Shown: positions 33,451 through 46,514 of the stretch, piece by piece
Layout: every line of letters begins with the position of its first letter
Numbering within the stretch: position 1 is the first letter of the stretch
Assembly: GCA_051294375.1 (NCBI GenBank)
Contig: CM119266.1
Coordinates: 8,208,606 to 8,272,605, forward strand
Source of the DNA: Paraspadella gotoi
Lineage: Eukaryota > Animalia > Chaetognatha
Direction of reading: 5' to 3'
Length of the DNA stretch: 64,000 bases
Position numbers and translations under genes: made by a program
The notes under the pieces: generated by a model
What the model saw: the letters and a program-made list of their open reading frames with translations, nothing else
Databases searched by the model: none
What the model was told of the DNA's origin: nothing

Positions 33451-35370
33451 CTCTTTCGTTTTCCCGCTGTCGTTGAGTACAAAATACACTGAATAAAGTA
33501 AGAACTGTCTTACTGTCTTATGCGGAATCCAAAGCGTAAGATTTGTCAATAATCGAGTTTTGCCGATTAGTTTAATTGCTCGTTCGATATAATAAAAAAA
33601 TCCATAAAAAAAACATCGAGTTTCGATTTCATAGACGATAAAAGATCAGATTTTCACGATTTTTCTTGTGTTTTTTTTTTCTTTTTCTCTTTTTTTCGTT
33701 TTTTGTTTTTTTTTGTTTTTTCTTTTTTCTTCTTTCTTTTTTTGGGACTACGCAGACGAAGTCTTGATGGATTAGTCTTTCGACCGAGAGGTTATTTCTT
33801 CTCTGTCTCTCCTTTCTCCTCTTTCTTTCTTTTCTTTCTTTCTTTCTTTCTGTTCTTTCTTTCTTTCTTTTCTTTCTTCTTTCTTTCTTATTCTTCCTTC
33901 TTCTCTCGTCTCTGGTTCTACCGGGTCTCACGTCTTCTCTCGTCTCGGTCGAGCTCAGTCATCTCTCTCTCTCTCTCTCTCTCTCCTTTTTCATTTTCTT
34001 TGCTCAATACCCTTTCTCTTGTTTTCGTTTTACCAAGTAAATGTTTAAAATTTCTTTGGGGAAAAAAGTTTGGAAAAAAAAAAGAAAGTAAAAAAAGAAA
34101 AGTCTTGGGAGAATTTGGCATTCGGATCGGCACGGATAAGATGTAATAATAAACTTTCTAAAATAACTCCGCTGATGATAAAGATAGTAATAAGGCAAGA
34201 AACAACAACAAAAACTACAACAACAACATCATAAGCAAAAAATAAAGTTACCTTTTTTCAACTGTTTTACGATTATCACTTGAGTTTAGTTTCTTCTTCG
34301 AATAACTTACGTCATAATCACAACAATTTTGCTCTTTTGATTTCTCGACAGATGTCGCATTACTTGAACCTCATTTCATTTCCCTTAAAGACAAAAACAG
34401 CAAAATGTTTCGTGTGACGAAGATCCGACGATGTCACTTAGTCAGGAAAGAAAACAACTTTATATTAAATTCTAGTCTCTCTCTCTNNNNNNNNNNNNNN
34501 NNNNNNNNNNNNNNNNNNNNNNNNNNNNNNNNNNNNNNNNNNNNNNNNNNNNNNNNNNNNNNNNNNNNNNNNNNNNNNNNNNNNNNNNNNNNNNNNNNNN
34601 NNNNNNNNNNNNNNNNNNNNNNNNNNNNNNNNNNNNNNNNNNNNNNNNTCTCTCTCTCTTTCCACCTGACTTCGTCGTTCTAGCGAAGCAACGATCGATT
34701 AACTTTCTCCCTTTTGTTTAATTTTTTAAAAATTTTATTTAAGGGAGAGAGAGAGATCATGATTTTACTTTCGCGTCATTTTGAGAAAGGAAAGAAGTGA
34801 AACTCTCTCAACACAGTTCGGCCACTTAAAACGATATATGGCAGGTGAGTTGGGGAGAGGTAAACTTGGGTAAGGTCAGGTCAGTTGACGTTGGAGGATA
34901 AAGGGTGAGGAAAAATGTCATTAAAGCTTTTAAACTTTCAACTTAACTTGGAATTTAATCTTATTGATTCGCCCATAGTTTTTTTAAAAATATGATCCTG
35001 AGCTTTCATTAATCTGAAGTCTCATATCATGTATACTTTTTTAATTTTTCATTTCGAGATACCTAAAATAATTTCTATTATTTATTTTTCTAGTTTTTTA
35101 AATCGGACAATGAAGATGATGAAGATACTGACAAGGCGGATGATTCCGAAAAGGTCCTGAACAAAATGAAGACAATTAAAAAAAGGGTCAAAACAAAAAA
35201 TTATGAAAGTAAAAAAGTATCGAAGTGAGAAAGTTGATAAAAAGCGGAGATAAAATATGAAAACAAAGTATTATTTGTCCCTTTCGGTTTTTCGTTAAAT
35301 TGAAAACAAAGTTTTAGTAAACTTCTAAACTATTCTTAGATTTTCTTTAATGAGATTTTCTTTAATTTAG

Positions 35371-35623
35371 ACGCACCGCCAATACGTGAGACAAATGAAA
35401 GAGAATTCAAGATTCGCGTTTGAAAATTTCCGCCTCAAATCCAAAATGGCGACGATACGATTGGCTCGAGGAACGGGACGTGCGATTCTCGACTCGCGAC
35501 AGAGACAACGAGAGATGCCGTTCGGGACACTGCGCCGATCGGCTGGAGGGCGGGAAACCGGATGGGAGTTTCGATCATTACTTTTCTCCGCCTGAGAGTT
35601 TGATGGGGATTTTGAAGAAGTGA
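35371..35623 (+). pseudogene. Fibrinogen-related domain (FReD) fragment, degenerate or mis-assembled
   Basis: One frame reads RFSTRDRDNERCRSGHCADRLEGG, resembling the FReD motif FSTxDxDND..C....CA....GGWW. It lacks WW and NLNG, and the frame does not join the acceptor at 35370. Possible upstream exons at ~34838 (ATGGCAG|gtgagt) and ~35093-35224. Confidence 0.4.
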
Positions 35624-37821
35624 AAGGGGGAGAGCGAGGAGGAAGAGGAGGAAGAGGAGAAATAGATTGGAATATTGTGAGATTTGATTGACGGAAATAG
35701 AATCGGCAGGTTGTAGTTTCTCACATTCAACGATTTTGAATTTGTAGATAAATGAGAATTATAGTAGTTGAGACAGTATTTAAAAAAAAATCTAGCTGCA
35801 TCAATATCGTAAAGTTTCTGTCGATTGTTCTGTACAAAAAGTTCTCTTTAACGTCGTTGTTCGACGAGTTAATTGGGTGACATTTTGCTCACTTTTTTGG
35901 GTAAGGTTTTCATCTCTCAGATAATAACTGAGGCGAAATAAAAGACAGTTTTGGTTACTTAACAGTTAACACGAAACATTAAACTTTTTTATTCAAAATA
36001 GAATGTGATCACTTTTTTTCGGGAATAGATCAGATTATCAGATAAGACTTGTACAAAAATTGATAGTAAAAATGATATATCTTCAACAATAATGCAAACT
36101 GGATATAAATTCGGTTTATGATTCATTTGCAGTTATCATCATTGAACTATTTTATTCTTTTTAGTTTTCGTTACATTTATTCATATTCAATTATTCAGGC
36201 TTAGGCTTAGACAGAAATTAAAAAGTAAAAAAGTGTACGAGAAACAGATAAAAGGCAATTAAAGTTATATCAAATTTTGTCAGGTTTTACGAAATCCTAA
36301 CTGCATGCACTAAATATCATGCTTCTTTTCTTTGTAGGTTGAGGAGTCAGAAGTACTCTGTATCATTATCTTAAAATGTTTGCACTTCAATTTAAACGCT
36401 TGTCTAGAAATGTACGTCGTGGTGAGCCGACTTACCACCGGCTCTCTCTCTCTAAACCCTTCCTCTCTCCTTACTTTTTGACTTTTTCTTCTCTCTATCC
36501 TGAATTTTTTTTGCATCTTTCTCCTTTTCTTCTTCCTCCATTTTCTGCCATTTTCCCATTCAACCATTTTGTTTTTCCCGAATGTTTTTTTTAATATTTC
36601 TCTTTCACAATACCCATATTTCTCTCGGTGTTACCTTCTTGCTTCTTTCTCGCTTCCTCTCTCCTCCTCCTCCTCTTCTTCCTCCTCCTCCTTCTCCTCC
36701 TTCACCTCCTCGTCAGACGCGATTTTGTGCGATGTCAACTTTTCCCCTCAAAATTCCGGTTCTTTGTCCATCACGGTTTCCGGCTTGGCATCTCTCTCTC
36801 NNNNNNNNNNNNNNNNNNNNNNNNNNNNNNNNNNNNNNNNNNNNNNNNNNNNNNNNNNNNNNNNNNNNNNNNNNNNNNNNNNNNNNNNNNNNNNNNNNNN
36901 NNNNNNNNNNNNNNNNNNNNNNNNNNNNNNNNNNNNNNNNNNNNNNNNNNNNNNNNNNNNNNNNNNNNNNNNNNNNNNNNNNNNNNNNNNNNNNNNNNNN
37001 NNNNNNNNNNNNNNNNNNNNNNNNNNNNNNNNNNNNNNNNNNNNNNNNNNNNNNNNNNNNNNNNNNNNNNNNNNNNNNNNNNNNNNNNNNNNNNNNNNNN
37101 NNNNNNNNNNNNNNNNNNNNNNNNNNNNNNNNNNNNNNNNNNNNNNNNNNNNNNNNNNNAACGATGGAGAGATACAAAAATCTTCCGCTTCACGTCAACT
37201 CATTGACGTCGCTGGTCAACGGTGAGTTTCTTCTTTTTTTTTTGTTAGAATAAAACAACATATAACCGAAACAACGAAATAACATGAGCTTAAAAGTTCA
37301 ATTTTCATTGTTTATAGGAGGCCGAAAAGTTCTCTCGTTCCTAAAAATTATCTTATTGATAAAAATACATTGGTTCAAAACTTGGACAACGGTTTACTGA
37401 TAAATGTTTCAACGACTAATCTTCTGACTGGGAATGAATGACCTCTTAATGTCGCTCACCGTCAATTAACAATTTTAAACTTCGGCCGTTTTAAGACAAA
37501 ACTGGTTTTACCGGAAAAGTTTAAAAGCGGCCACTTGAGAAAATACTAAAGAGAAAGAATCTGGTTTTCAAATTAGTCGTTCAATGAAATGATAACAAAA
37601 CAATTAAAACCGTCAATTTCAAATTTTTTAAAAGTTTTTCTTCTTTAAAATTTGTGTTTGATATATAAGCAAACAAAAAGGAAAAGTATTAAAATAAACA
37701 AATCTCGTCATGGAATTTTTCCGTGGAATATTTTTTTATTTCGAAAGAGTTTCGAACTTACTTTAAAATGGTAAGTAGGTTTCACTAGCGTTGTAAAAAT
37801 TTGCGTGGGAGTTGGAAGGGG

Positions 37822-37861
<40 letters not shown>

Positions 37862-38708
37862 TCGTTTATTTGTACTAAAAATAGTTTGATTTTAAAAAAG
37901 AAACGAAGTGGAAAGTCTGCCTCATGAAACTCATTTTAACTATTGCTAGTTTGGGTTAACTTACAACTAAAGTATGGTTTATGACAACTATTTTTTGAAT
38001 TACTATACATAAAATATAGCTCAAATTAAACTTTATTAAAGAACAAATAAAAATAGATTCGTTTAAAAAAGTTGTGTTAAAAATATGTACGTTAAAGATT
38101 AGTAATAACAAGAAGCTTAGTCCTCTTTAAATTTACTATAGTTTACAAGTTTACTATAAAACACAATGTAATTAAGAAAAAAACGCTAACGATCCAAATT
38201 TTGCGATATCTTAGTTTTAAGTTCGAGTATATATTCATTTATTCTATTGAATCCATACGTCAGATTCCAGAAAAAAAACGCTGTTCTTTTGTTCATTAAA
38301 AATTATAATTACTTTTGTAGGATTGAGAATTTTAGGAAAATATTTTTTTCGTAAGGTCAGTTAGGAATCTTGATTAATTTTTTTTGGAATAAGGATAGTT
38401 TTCGTCAGCAGCGCAAGGAAATTTTTTTTTCGTCTGCTTAAATATTAATCAAGGAAACAAAACGACAGAATATTTTTTTTTAAAAGAATAAAAAACAAAA
38501 CCACTTAAAAAAAAAAGCAAAACGAAAAAAAAAGAAACAAAAAATATCGCGAAACTTAACCGAATCATCGAAACCAAATCGGTTCACTTGATTTTGACGA
38601 AACGAGGATATAACGCAGACAAAACGGAGACAAAACGGAGACAAAACGTGGGAAAACAACGTTAACAAAACGCAGACAAAACGCGGATAAAACGGCCAGT
38701 CAAAAAAA

Positions 38709-41700
38709 ATGCGGGAAATCGTGAGCTTTCAATTGGGTCACTGTGGTAACGAAATAGGAGTTGATTTCTGGTCTGCGATTGGACTAGAGCACGGGGTCAA
38801 TGTGGAGGGAATCTGGAAGGGACAGGCCGACCTGCAATTGGAAAGGATCGGAGTTTATTACCGAGAAGGTGAGAATGAGAGGGAGAGAGAGAGGAGAGAG
38901 AGAGAGAGAGAGAGAGAAATATCTTTTTTGACCGATACAAATTTCACTATACCTCAGTTTTAACCTAATCCAATCTCTCGTTGTAAACTTATCACTACGT
39001 ATCACGTAAATTTCGAACCATCCATTCGAAATCACCCTGTACCCCGTCCCCCCCTTCTTCCCCCCCGCCTTTCCGTCCCCAGGCTCGTGTCGCCGGAAAT
39101 TCGTTCCTCGCGCCGTCGGCATCGATTTGGACGCTAAGACGATCGAGGGAATTCTCTCGGCAAAATCCGGCAGAGTTTTCCGGCCGGACAATTTCATTGG
39201 AGTCGGTGACGGAGGATCGAATAATTATGGGAGAGGTGAGGCGGAAATTTAGGGGTGGGGGTGGAAGGTAAGGTGGACCAGAGATAATGTATGGTTTTGT
39301 CGGTAATTATAACAGATTTAATAATAATATTAATTATAATTATAGGTAGAATCATATCATTGAGTAGTTCAATTTCGTTTATAAAATAAAATCATTTCTT
39401 AATTCGGAAGCCATCGGTTTCCGATTGAAGTTAATATATTTAAAAGAGTTAATTCGAAATGTAAAGAACTCTATATCTTAACGCGGCGAATCGCGTGTCG
39501 TATCAAAGGCAAACGCTTTTAACCTTCTGACTTTGACTTTCACTGATTAAGATCGAATTTAGTTATTCTTTCGCCACGTGGGTTGGAAAATGTCGTTATT
39601 AATCACGCGGGCGGACGACACCGACGACTGGTGTAAACAATGCGAACGACGACATCAAAGACGATAACAACGACAACAACAATGACATTACCGACAACCT
39701 CCGAGGGCGCGAAGGCACCGACGTCTACTCGAATCTTGCGGAGCGAGAGGGGAGAGGGAGAGACACCTCAGACAGAGACAGAGACGAATAAAAGAAACGA
39801 GGCAGAGCGAGCAAACAATCTTTTTTTCTTTACAAAAAAGTTGATAGAATAATCCTGTCGTCGACTTACCAAAGTTCACTTTCTCTGCGCGGATTTGCGA
39901 TTTCAATTTTTTTTTTTTCGTTTTAGTTTTTTAAATTAATTTTTAAATTAGGTTTCTTCTGAGTAAAATGGCTTCTGATTCACAAAAGAAAACAAAAATC
40001 CCTTATCATTATTTTTTAGACTCGGCTTGTCCTTGACATTAAACCCTAAGAGTGCTAATTGTAAAGTATCAAATAGATACATTCATTATTTAGTAGGAAA
40101 TAACTTTTTAGCTTTAAGAAATAATCTAATTCAAAGTTTACATCAAAATGCATGTTATTTTGTTTTTTTATTTCTTTTATTTTCTTCCGCTAGGATTCTA
40201 CAGCGACGGACGCGACCTCATCGATCAAATCATGGGCGTGTCGCGACGCGAGATCGAGTCCTGCGACAGCCCTCAGGGTTTCCAGGTCTTCTTTTTTTGG
40301 ATGACCCTTGTCAGTCGGCAGGTTTTTGAGTTTTTTTTGTTAAATTAGAAAGTTTGTTGGGTTCTTCCCATACGCCAGGTCTTCTATGGAGTTTTCCTAA
40401 AGTCTCCTCCGATCCACAGGTTCTTCACGGAATCGGAGGCGGGGTCGGCTCTGGTCTCACCGGTCTTCTCCTCGAAAGATTAAAGGACGAATTCACAGAC
40501 AAGATGGTCATGACATTCTCGGTTCTCCCGTCGCCCAAGGTTATGCCATGTCTCAAGACAGTGAGGTTGGCCATGTTTTTTCGACTAATATTTAATCAAT
40601 TCCGAGAATGTATTTGTACGCAACAACAGACACTTTTAAAATCTTGCCTGCGTTTATAACCTATTATATATAACGTATTAATTCTTTCACTTTTTCATTT
40701 CCGCAACACGATTCTGTGACATCGCAGGATCAACCTAAGAAAAAAAAATAGACTCATAAATATTTTGACAACATCGTCATCTTTTTCCTATTTTTTTTCC
40801 AATTCTGGTTCCTCCATATTTTTCTCCTTCTCCCCCTATTCTCCCCATCTCCTTCCTCTCTCTTCCTCCCTTTCTCTCCCCCTTCTTCCCCCTTTCCTTC
40901 CTCTCTCCTTCTCCCCCTTTTCTCCCCTTCTCCTTTCTCTCTCTTTCTCTCCCCCTTCCTCCCCTTCTTCTTCCTCTCTCTTCCTCCCTTTCTCTCCCCC
41001 TTTCCTCCCCTTCTCCTTCCTTTCTCTTCCTCCCTTTCTCTCCCCCTTTCCTCCCTTTCTCCTTCCTCTCTCCTTCTCCCCCCTTTCCTCCCCTCTTCCT
41101 CATTCAGATGTCAGACATCGTCGTCGAACCCTACAATTCCGTTTTGGGTTTGCGACATTTGATCGAAAACGCGGAACTCGTCTTTTGTCTGGACAACGAG
41201 GTGATCGCATAGTTTGTCCTGGTTTGCATTCGAACGTTTAGGTGACTGCATCATTTGTCTTTGTTTGCACTGGTGCTAAGAGATAACTGCTTAGACAATC
41301 ATGGTTCGTATTCGAACGATAAGTTTATTTCATCCTCCGGATTCCGTTTTCACCGAAACTTGATTGTATTGGTTTTTTTTGAAAACGAAAAGTTTTCTGA
41401 CCGTGTTTTTTAAAATTTTTTTTAGTCATAACCAACCAAATTTGTTTAACAAACGATTTCGTCGACTTCTGTTCCCGACAGGCTCTGCACAAAAGCTGCA
41501 CGCTCGGCCTCCACATCCAGAAGCCGACCTTTCCCGACCTCAACGGGATCGTCAGCAACGCCCGTGACAGGCGTCACCACCTGCCTCCGATTCCCGGGTC
41601 AACTCAACACTGGACTCTGGAAATTGGCCGTCAATTCCGTCCCGTTTCCGAGGTTAGAGGGGGGGTGGGGGGGGAGGGGGAGGGAGGAGGAGGGAGGAGA

Positions 41701-42292
41701 GAGGAAGGAGAGGGAGGAAGGGAGGAAGGAGAGGAAGTGAAGGAAAGGAGAAAAAGGATCAGAGAAATTTGAGGTTAGAGATGGAGGAAGGGAGTGGGTT
41801 TTTTGAGAGAAGAAGAAGAGAGAGAATTAAATCGATTAAGAGAACAAGGAAAAAAGAAAGGAAAGAGGAAGTGAACTGAAGAGAAAAAAAATTAAAAAAG
41901 TAAAAAGAATTGGAAAAGAAAAATAATAAAAGAAAAGAAAGAAAGAAAAAAAGAAAGAAAAAAAGAAAGAAACGGGAGGGTGAATCGAGGAAATATAAAA
42001 AAAGTGAGGGAATTGTGATGTCGGTTCGTGTGATGATCAATCGTTGATTAATCACACGAGGAGATTTCAGTGAACTCTGACGGCGCCCATAAAGGACAAC
42101 GACGACAAAAACGACAACGACAACGTTTTTGACCGCCGCCCACGTCCGTCCGTAAATCATTTTCGTGAGCAGCTTTAGCGGTTCTCGAGGGCGTTTTTGT
42201 TAAACTGATGTTTCTCTGATGTTTCCCTTTCACGTGACAAATGATCACCTCACTCGCACTGAGAGAAATACGAGGATGTCGACGACGGTTGC

Positions 42293-42323
<31 letters not shown>

Positions 42324-45300
42324 GTTTCGAGGTCAAGGTTACGTAGAGGTCACGATGACATTGACGAGCTCCAAGTGCAATGACGACGACGATGTCCGAA
42401 TAAGAATGACGGAAACGACGACGATGCTGATGATGTCCATGACAAGGACGATCTCGATGCTGTCATTGTCAATAACATCGCAGAGGAATCAAGACTCCAG
42501 AATCGAAAACAGATCAACGACTCGGGCAAACTCCGCCGGAAACAGAATGGAACGTTCTCATTGGATGAAAGACAAATGGCATCGGCCAATGGGCAGATGG
42601 GCTTCCTTCTGCCAGTAAACTTTACCCTTACCTCCGATCCGATTGCACTGTTTAAATATGAACCCAAGTTGTATTGATTCACTCTGCCCCGAGAATTGAC
42701 ACCGTCTTGTATTAATGTCTAAATTCTGANNNNNNNNNNNNNNNNNNNNNNNNAAGAACTATGATGACAAGGACAATGAAGTCGATGATAACTTTGTCAT
42801 GGACGAAGATGACGTCGATGATGACAAGATAAGAACGACGACGACGATGACGACGATGACGATGATGACGATGATGACGATCACGATTCTATTGACGATC
42901 ACTTGGCAAATGGAAAGTTAGCGACGTAGAAATATGGAAACGAAGCTAAGACTCTCTTGGTCATTTCTATTTTTTTTTTTTTTTTTTTATTTTGTTGACT
43001 TTTCTATTTTTTGAGAGTTTATAGTTTTGGGGTGCGGGAGGAGGCCTTGGACCCTGGTGGCGCCGGAGTCAATTTATTTTCAAGTCTCAAAGTAGACGTA
43101 CTCCTCTTTGTCAATACGTTTCGTCGTAACGGCCAGACGGACGGATAGACCGACTTCATGAAAGACAGACATATCGACAAAGTGATAGACTAAAGGCCGA
43201 GGGAGTCTTGCCGAATCAGGGCAGGTGCGGAATCCATTTGAAAAAAGGAAAAAAAAGGTTTGACCACCTGAAGACAAGACACGAGAGAAGATTAAAAGTG
43301 GAGGAGGATATGAAGAGAAGAATAAGAGGAAAGAAAAAAAAGGAGAATGGAGGCAATGAAAAGTAAAGGGAAAAAAGGAAAGGAGAATAGAGGAAATGAA
43401 AATAAAAAAGGAGAATGAAGGAAATGAAAAGGAAAAAGAAGAATGGAGGAAAGGAAAAGGAAAAGAAAAAAGGAGAATAGAGGAAATGAAAATAGAAAAT
43501 AGAAAGAAAAAACAAAAATAAAAAAAGGGAAAAAAGAAAAAGAGAAAAGATGGCGAAGAAAAAAATAAAAAAATAGTACAGATGAAAAAGCAGGAAAATA
43601 AAGGTGATAATAAAAGTTGGGGAAAACTAGAGCGATAATTGAAAAAAGAACTAAAGATTGAGAGAGAATGAGAGAGAAGGAAAGGTAAAAATCTAGAAAG
43701 AGAGAGAGACAAAGATAAAAAAGGTTAAGTCCAGAAAATCGAGAATCTTCGGCATCGACGTTAGCCTCTCAATTTCGCGGTTGAGCTCGAACACAATTCT
43801 CCTCTCTTCACCTTCTTGCGAGAAAGAAATCCCAATGTCTCTCTCTCTTTCTTCCTCTCCCCCCTCTCTTTCTCTCTCTTTTTCTTCCTCTCTCCCCACA
43901 CCCACACAAAATACGTGGAGAAAAAGCGAACTGCCTCCAGCTCACACGCACAAAAATCTAAGGACCGACCGACCGAGTTAACCATCCAAAAGAAAAACCA
44001 ATCGGCCTCAATAAATGTCTAATAAAGTCTTTGAAAAAGTTTCTTCTATTCCTCATAACGAAATCGCTCTTGGCCTTGACTCCGGAGTCTGGAATATTCT
44101 GGAATAGTCTGGATTATTCCCCGCGGCAGACTTCGTAATAGTTATGACAAAGCTCCATGACGTGATTCGTGACATTGCCTCTAGCGGTGAATCCTTTATC
44201 CACTGAAAAAGACATCCATAGCGAATTAACCCACCCAGTGGCATATCTCATATCCTATGAAGCAGCTGTGGGGAAAAAAAGGGGACCAGAATTGGTCATT
44301 TTCATCGGGGAGATTCGTTCAAGAAGGCAAGGAAATTTTGTGGTTCCGCTTTGCTTGCTTGAATGCTCGAATTAATTCGTTTTGCTTGCTTGACTGCTTG
44401 AACGCTTCCTTTCTTTTTTCCATCTTTTCCGCCACATCCGGCAATTCCACTTGATCTTTAGTTTGTTTTTTTTTTTACGATTTATTATCTTTCTTATTTT
44501 TCCGATAGAGAACAGAAAAAGTATTAAATGGGAGGGAGTGTTTCATAACGGATTGATATATGTGGATGTAAACCAATTTATTCCTACATATAAATGACCT
44601 AAACTGATTAAGTCGATGCGAAATTCTTTCAAATTTCCAACTCTCCCATCAGGCTCCACTTTATGATCCCGGCGTTCGTTCCTCTTCTGCAGAGAAATAG
44701 AAAATCCAAAATCCCCGCCCAGGTGAATTAAAATAATACAATTATTATTTTTTTTTAATATTGTTTTTTTAAAAAAAGAAAATCTATTTAAGGTTTGATA
44801 TTTTAATGGCTAAAAGAGGATAGATTGAGATGTAAGAATCTTTCTGAACGAGGCGGTTAGAGAAGACTGAGTACTTAATTCAAAATAAAAATTGAGCCTT
44901 TAATGATCGTCGTTGTTAAACGAGCAATGTTTAGATTAATTTAGCTGAGGGAGAAAGAAAATATAAAAAAATGTGAAAAAACGAGAGGAAAAAAGTAAAA
45001 TTTCTAAATTACCTTTTCCTCGAAATTAATGTCATGAAAAAAATGTAATAAGATGAATTAGAAAAAAAAGAAAAAAGAAATAAAAAAAGTATAGATTTTT
45101 TTAATTTCCAATGGAGTGCGAATAAAATATCGAGCTGAAAATATGTTGTTGTGGAAACGAACGAAGAAAAAGATGTAAACAGAAAAAAAAAAAAAAAAAA
45201 GAAACAGAAGAGAAAAAAGAAAAAAAGACTAAATAAAAGAGCAAGCTAATCTTTGAAGAGGAACCACCGCTCCCTTTGGAAATCAAAAAAGATTTCTCAG

Positions 45301-46225
45301 AAAGAAAATTGTTTTGAATGGTCTTGCCACTTATCGTATTGTATTGTAACGTATTGAATTGTATTCGTTTGTCACTGCGGGAGATTGTGTTGTATTATTC
45401 GTCTCGACGCCACCGCATCGACCTTTCTCATCGTCTTGTTTATCATTTTAAATTTTTGTCCACCAGTCAACTTGACGTTTTGCTGCCTGGCTTGCTATCT
45501 GGCTTGCTATCTGGCTTGCTATCTGGATTGCTATCTGGCTTGCTATCTGGCTTGCTATCTGGCTTGCTATCTGGTTTACTATCTGGCTGTCAGTTTGGCT
45601 GCCTGTCCATCGATCCGTCCGTTAAGTCAAGTATTTTTTTCGATTCTCCACTTATTTTTGAAACAAAACGCTAAACTCAGACGCAGCTTTGTGGCGAGGT
45701 TCCAGCTCTACAATAAAAAAAAAAAAAGGACACGTGAATCTGCATTGTCATGGTCGTGTATATCAAACAAAGCGATTCCATTCCAGGCAAAGAGCTGAGG
45801 ACAATTTTCAAAGAAAATAGTGTCGTCGCGTACTGAAGGCATAAAGGAAGAAAATGGTTACCACTTACCACGCTATTTTATTTTTACAAGCGAGCTAGAC
45901 AGTCTTGATTGTATCGTGGGGGAATATTTTTTATAATGAAGATAATTTGATTATATAGTAGGTGATATTTTTACCAACGCAACCTGGTATGATTTCGTCA
46001 TGGCATTTAAAACCACTTATTGACTTACATGCGATTGCGCTGACACTTTAAACATTTTCGAGTTCGGCCTATCTCTTCCGATCTCTCTCTCTCGCCCTCT
46101 CTCCCTTTCTGTTCCTTCCTCCTTCCCTATCTCTCCTTTTTTCTTATTTTATATTTAATAAGAGAGAGAAAAAGAAAGAAAGGGAGAGGGAGATTGAACG
46201 AGAAAGAGAGAGAAAGGCAGAGAGC

Positions 46226-46260
<35 letters not shown>

Positions 46261-46483
46261 AAAATGATAGAAAGTGTGTGAGAAAGAAGAGACAGAGTGG
46301 GGATTTTTGACGTCTGGAGGCGGCCATCGAATTTTCTCGATAAATTTTTAAATCGATTTCGCCAGAGAAGAAAAAAATAGGGAAGAGATGAGCGTATCTC
46401 TCAATCTCTCTCTATCTATCTCTCTCTTTCTCTCTCTCTCTTCTCTATTCTCTCTCTTTCTCTCCCTTCTCTCTCTCTCTCTG

Positions 46484-46514
<31 letters not shown>

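Noticed and set aside
36338-37221. Small plus-strand exons (ag|GTTGAG...GTG|gtgag; ...AACG|gtgagt)
   Set aside because: Plausible splice sites but no identifiable product, and a gap interrupts them; they could be UTR or lncRNA exons.
36569-37253. ORFs of 140-220 aa
   Set aside because: They span an N gap; the same applies to 34405-34683.
43080-43712. Long F/S/L- or R/E/K-rich ORFs here and at 33.7, 40.8, 46.4, 48.7, 51, 52.3 and 62.1 kb
   Set aside because: They arise from purine/pyrimidine-skewed low-complexity tracts and (GA)n repeats that lack stop codons.
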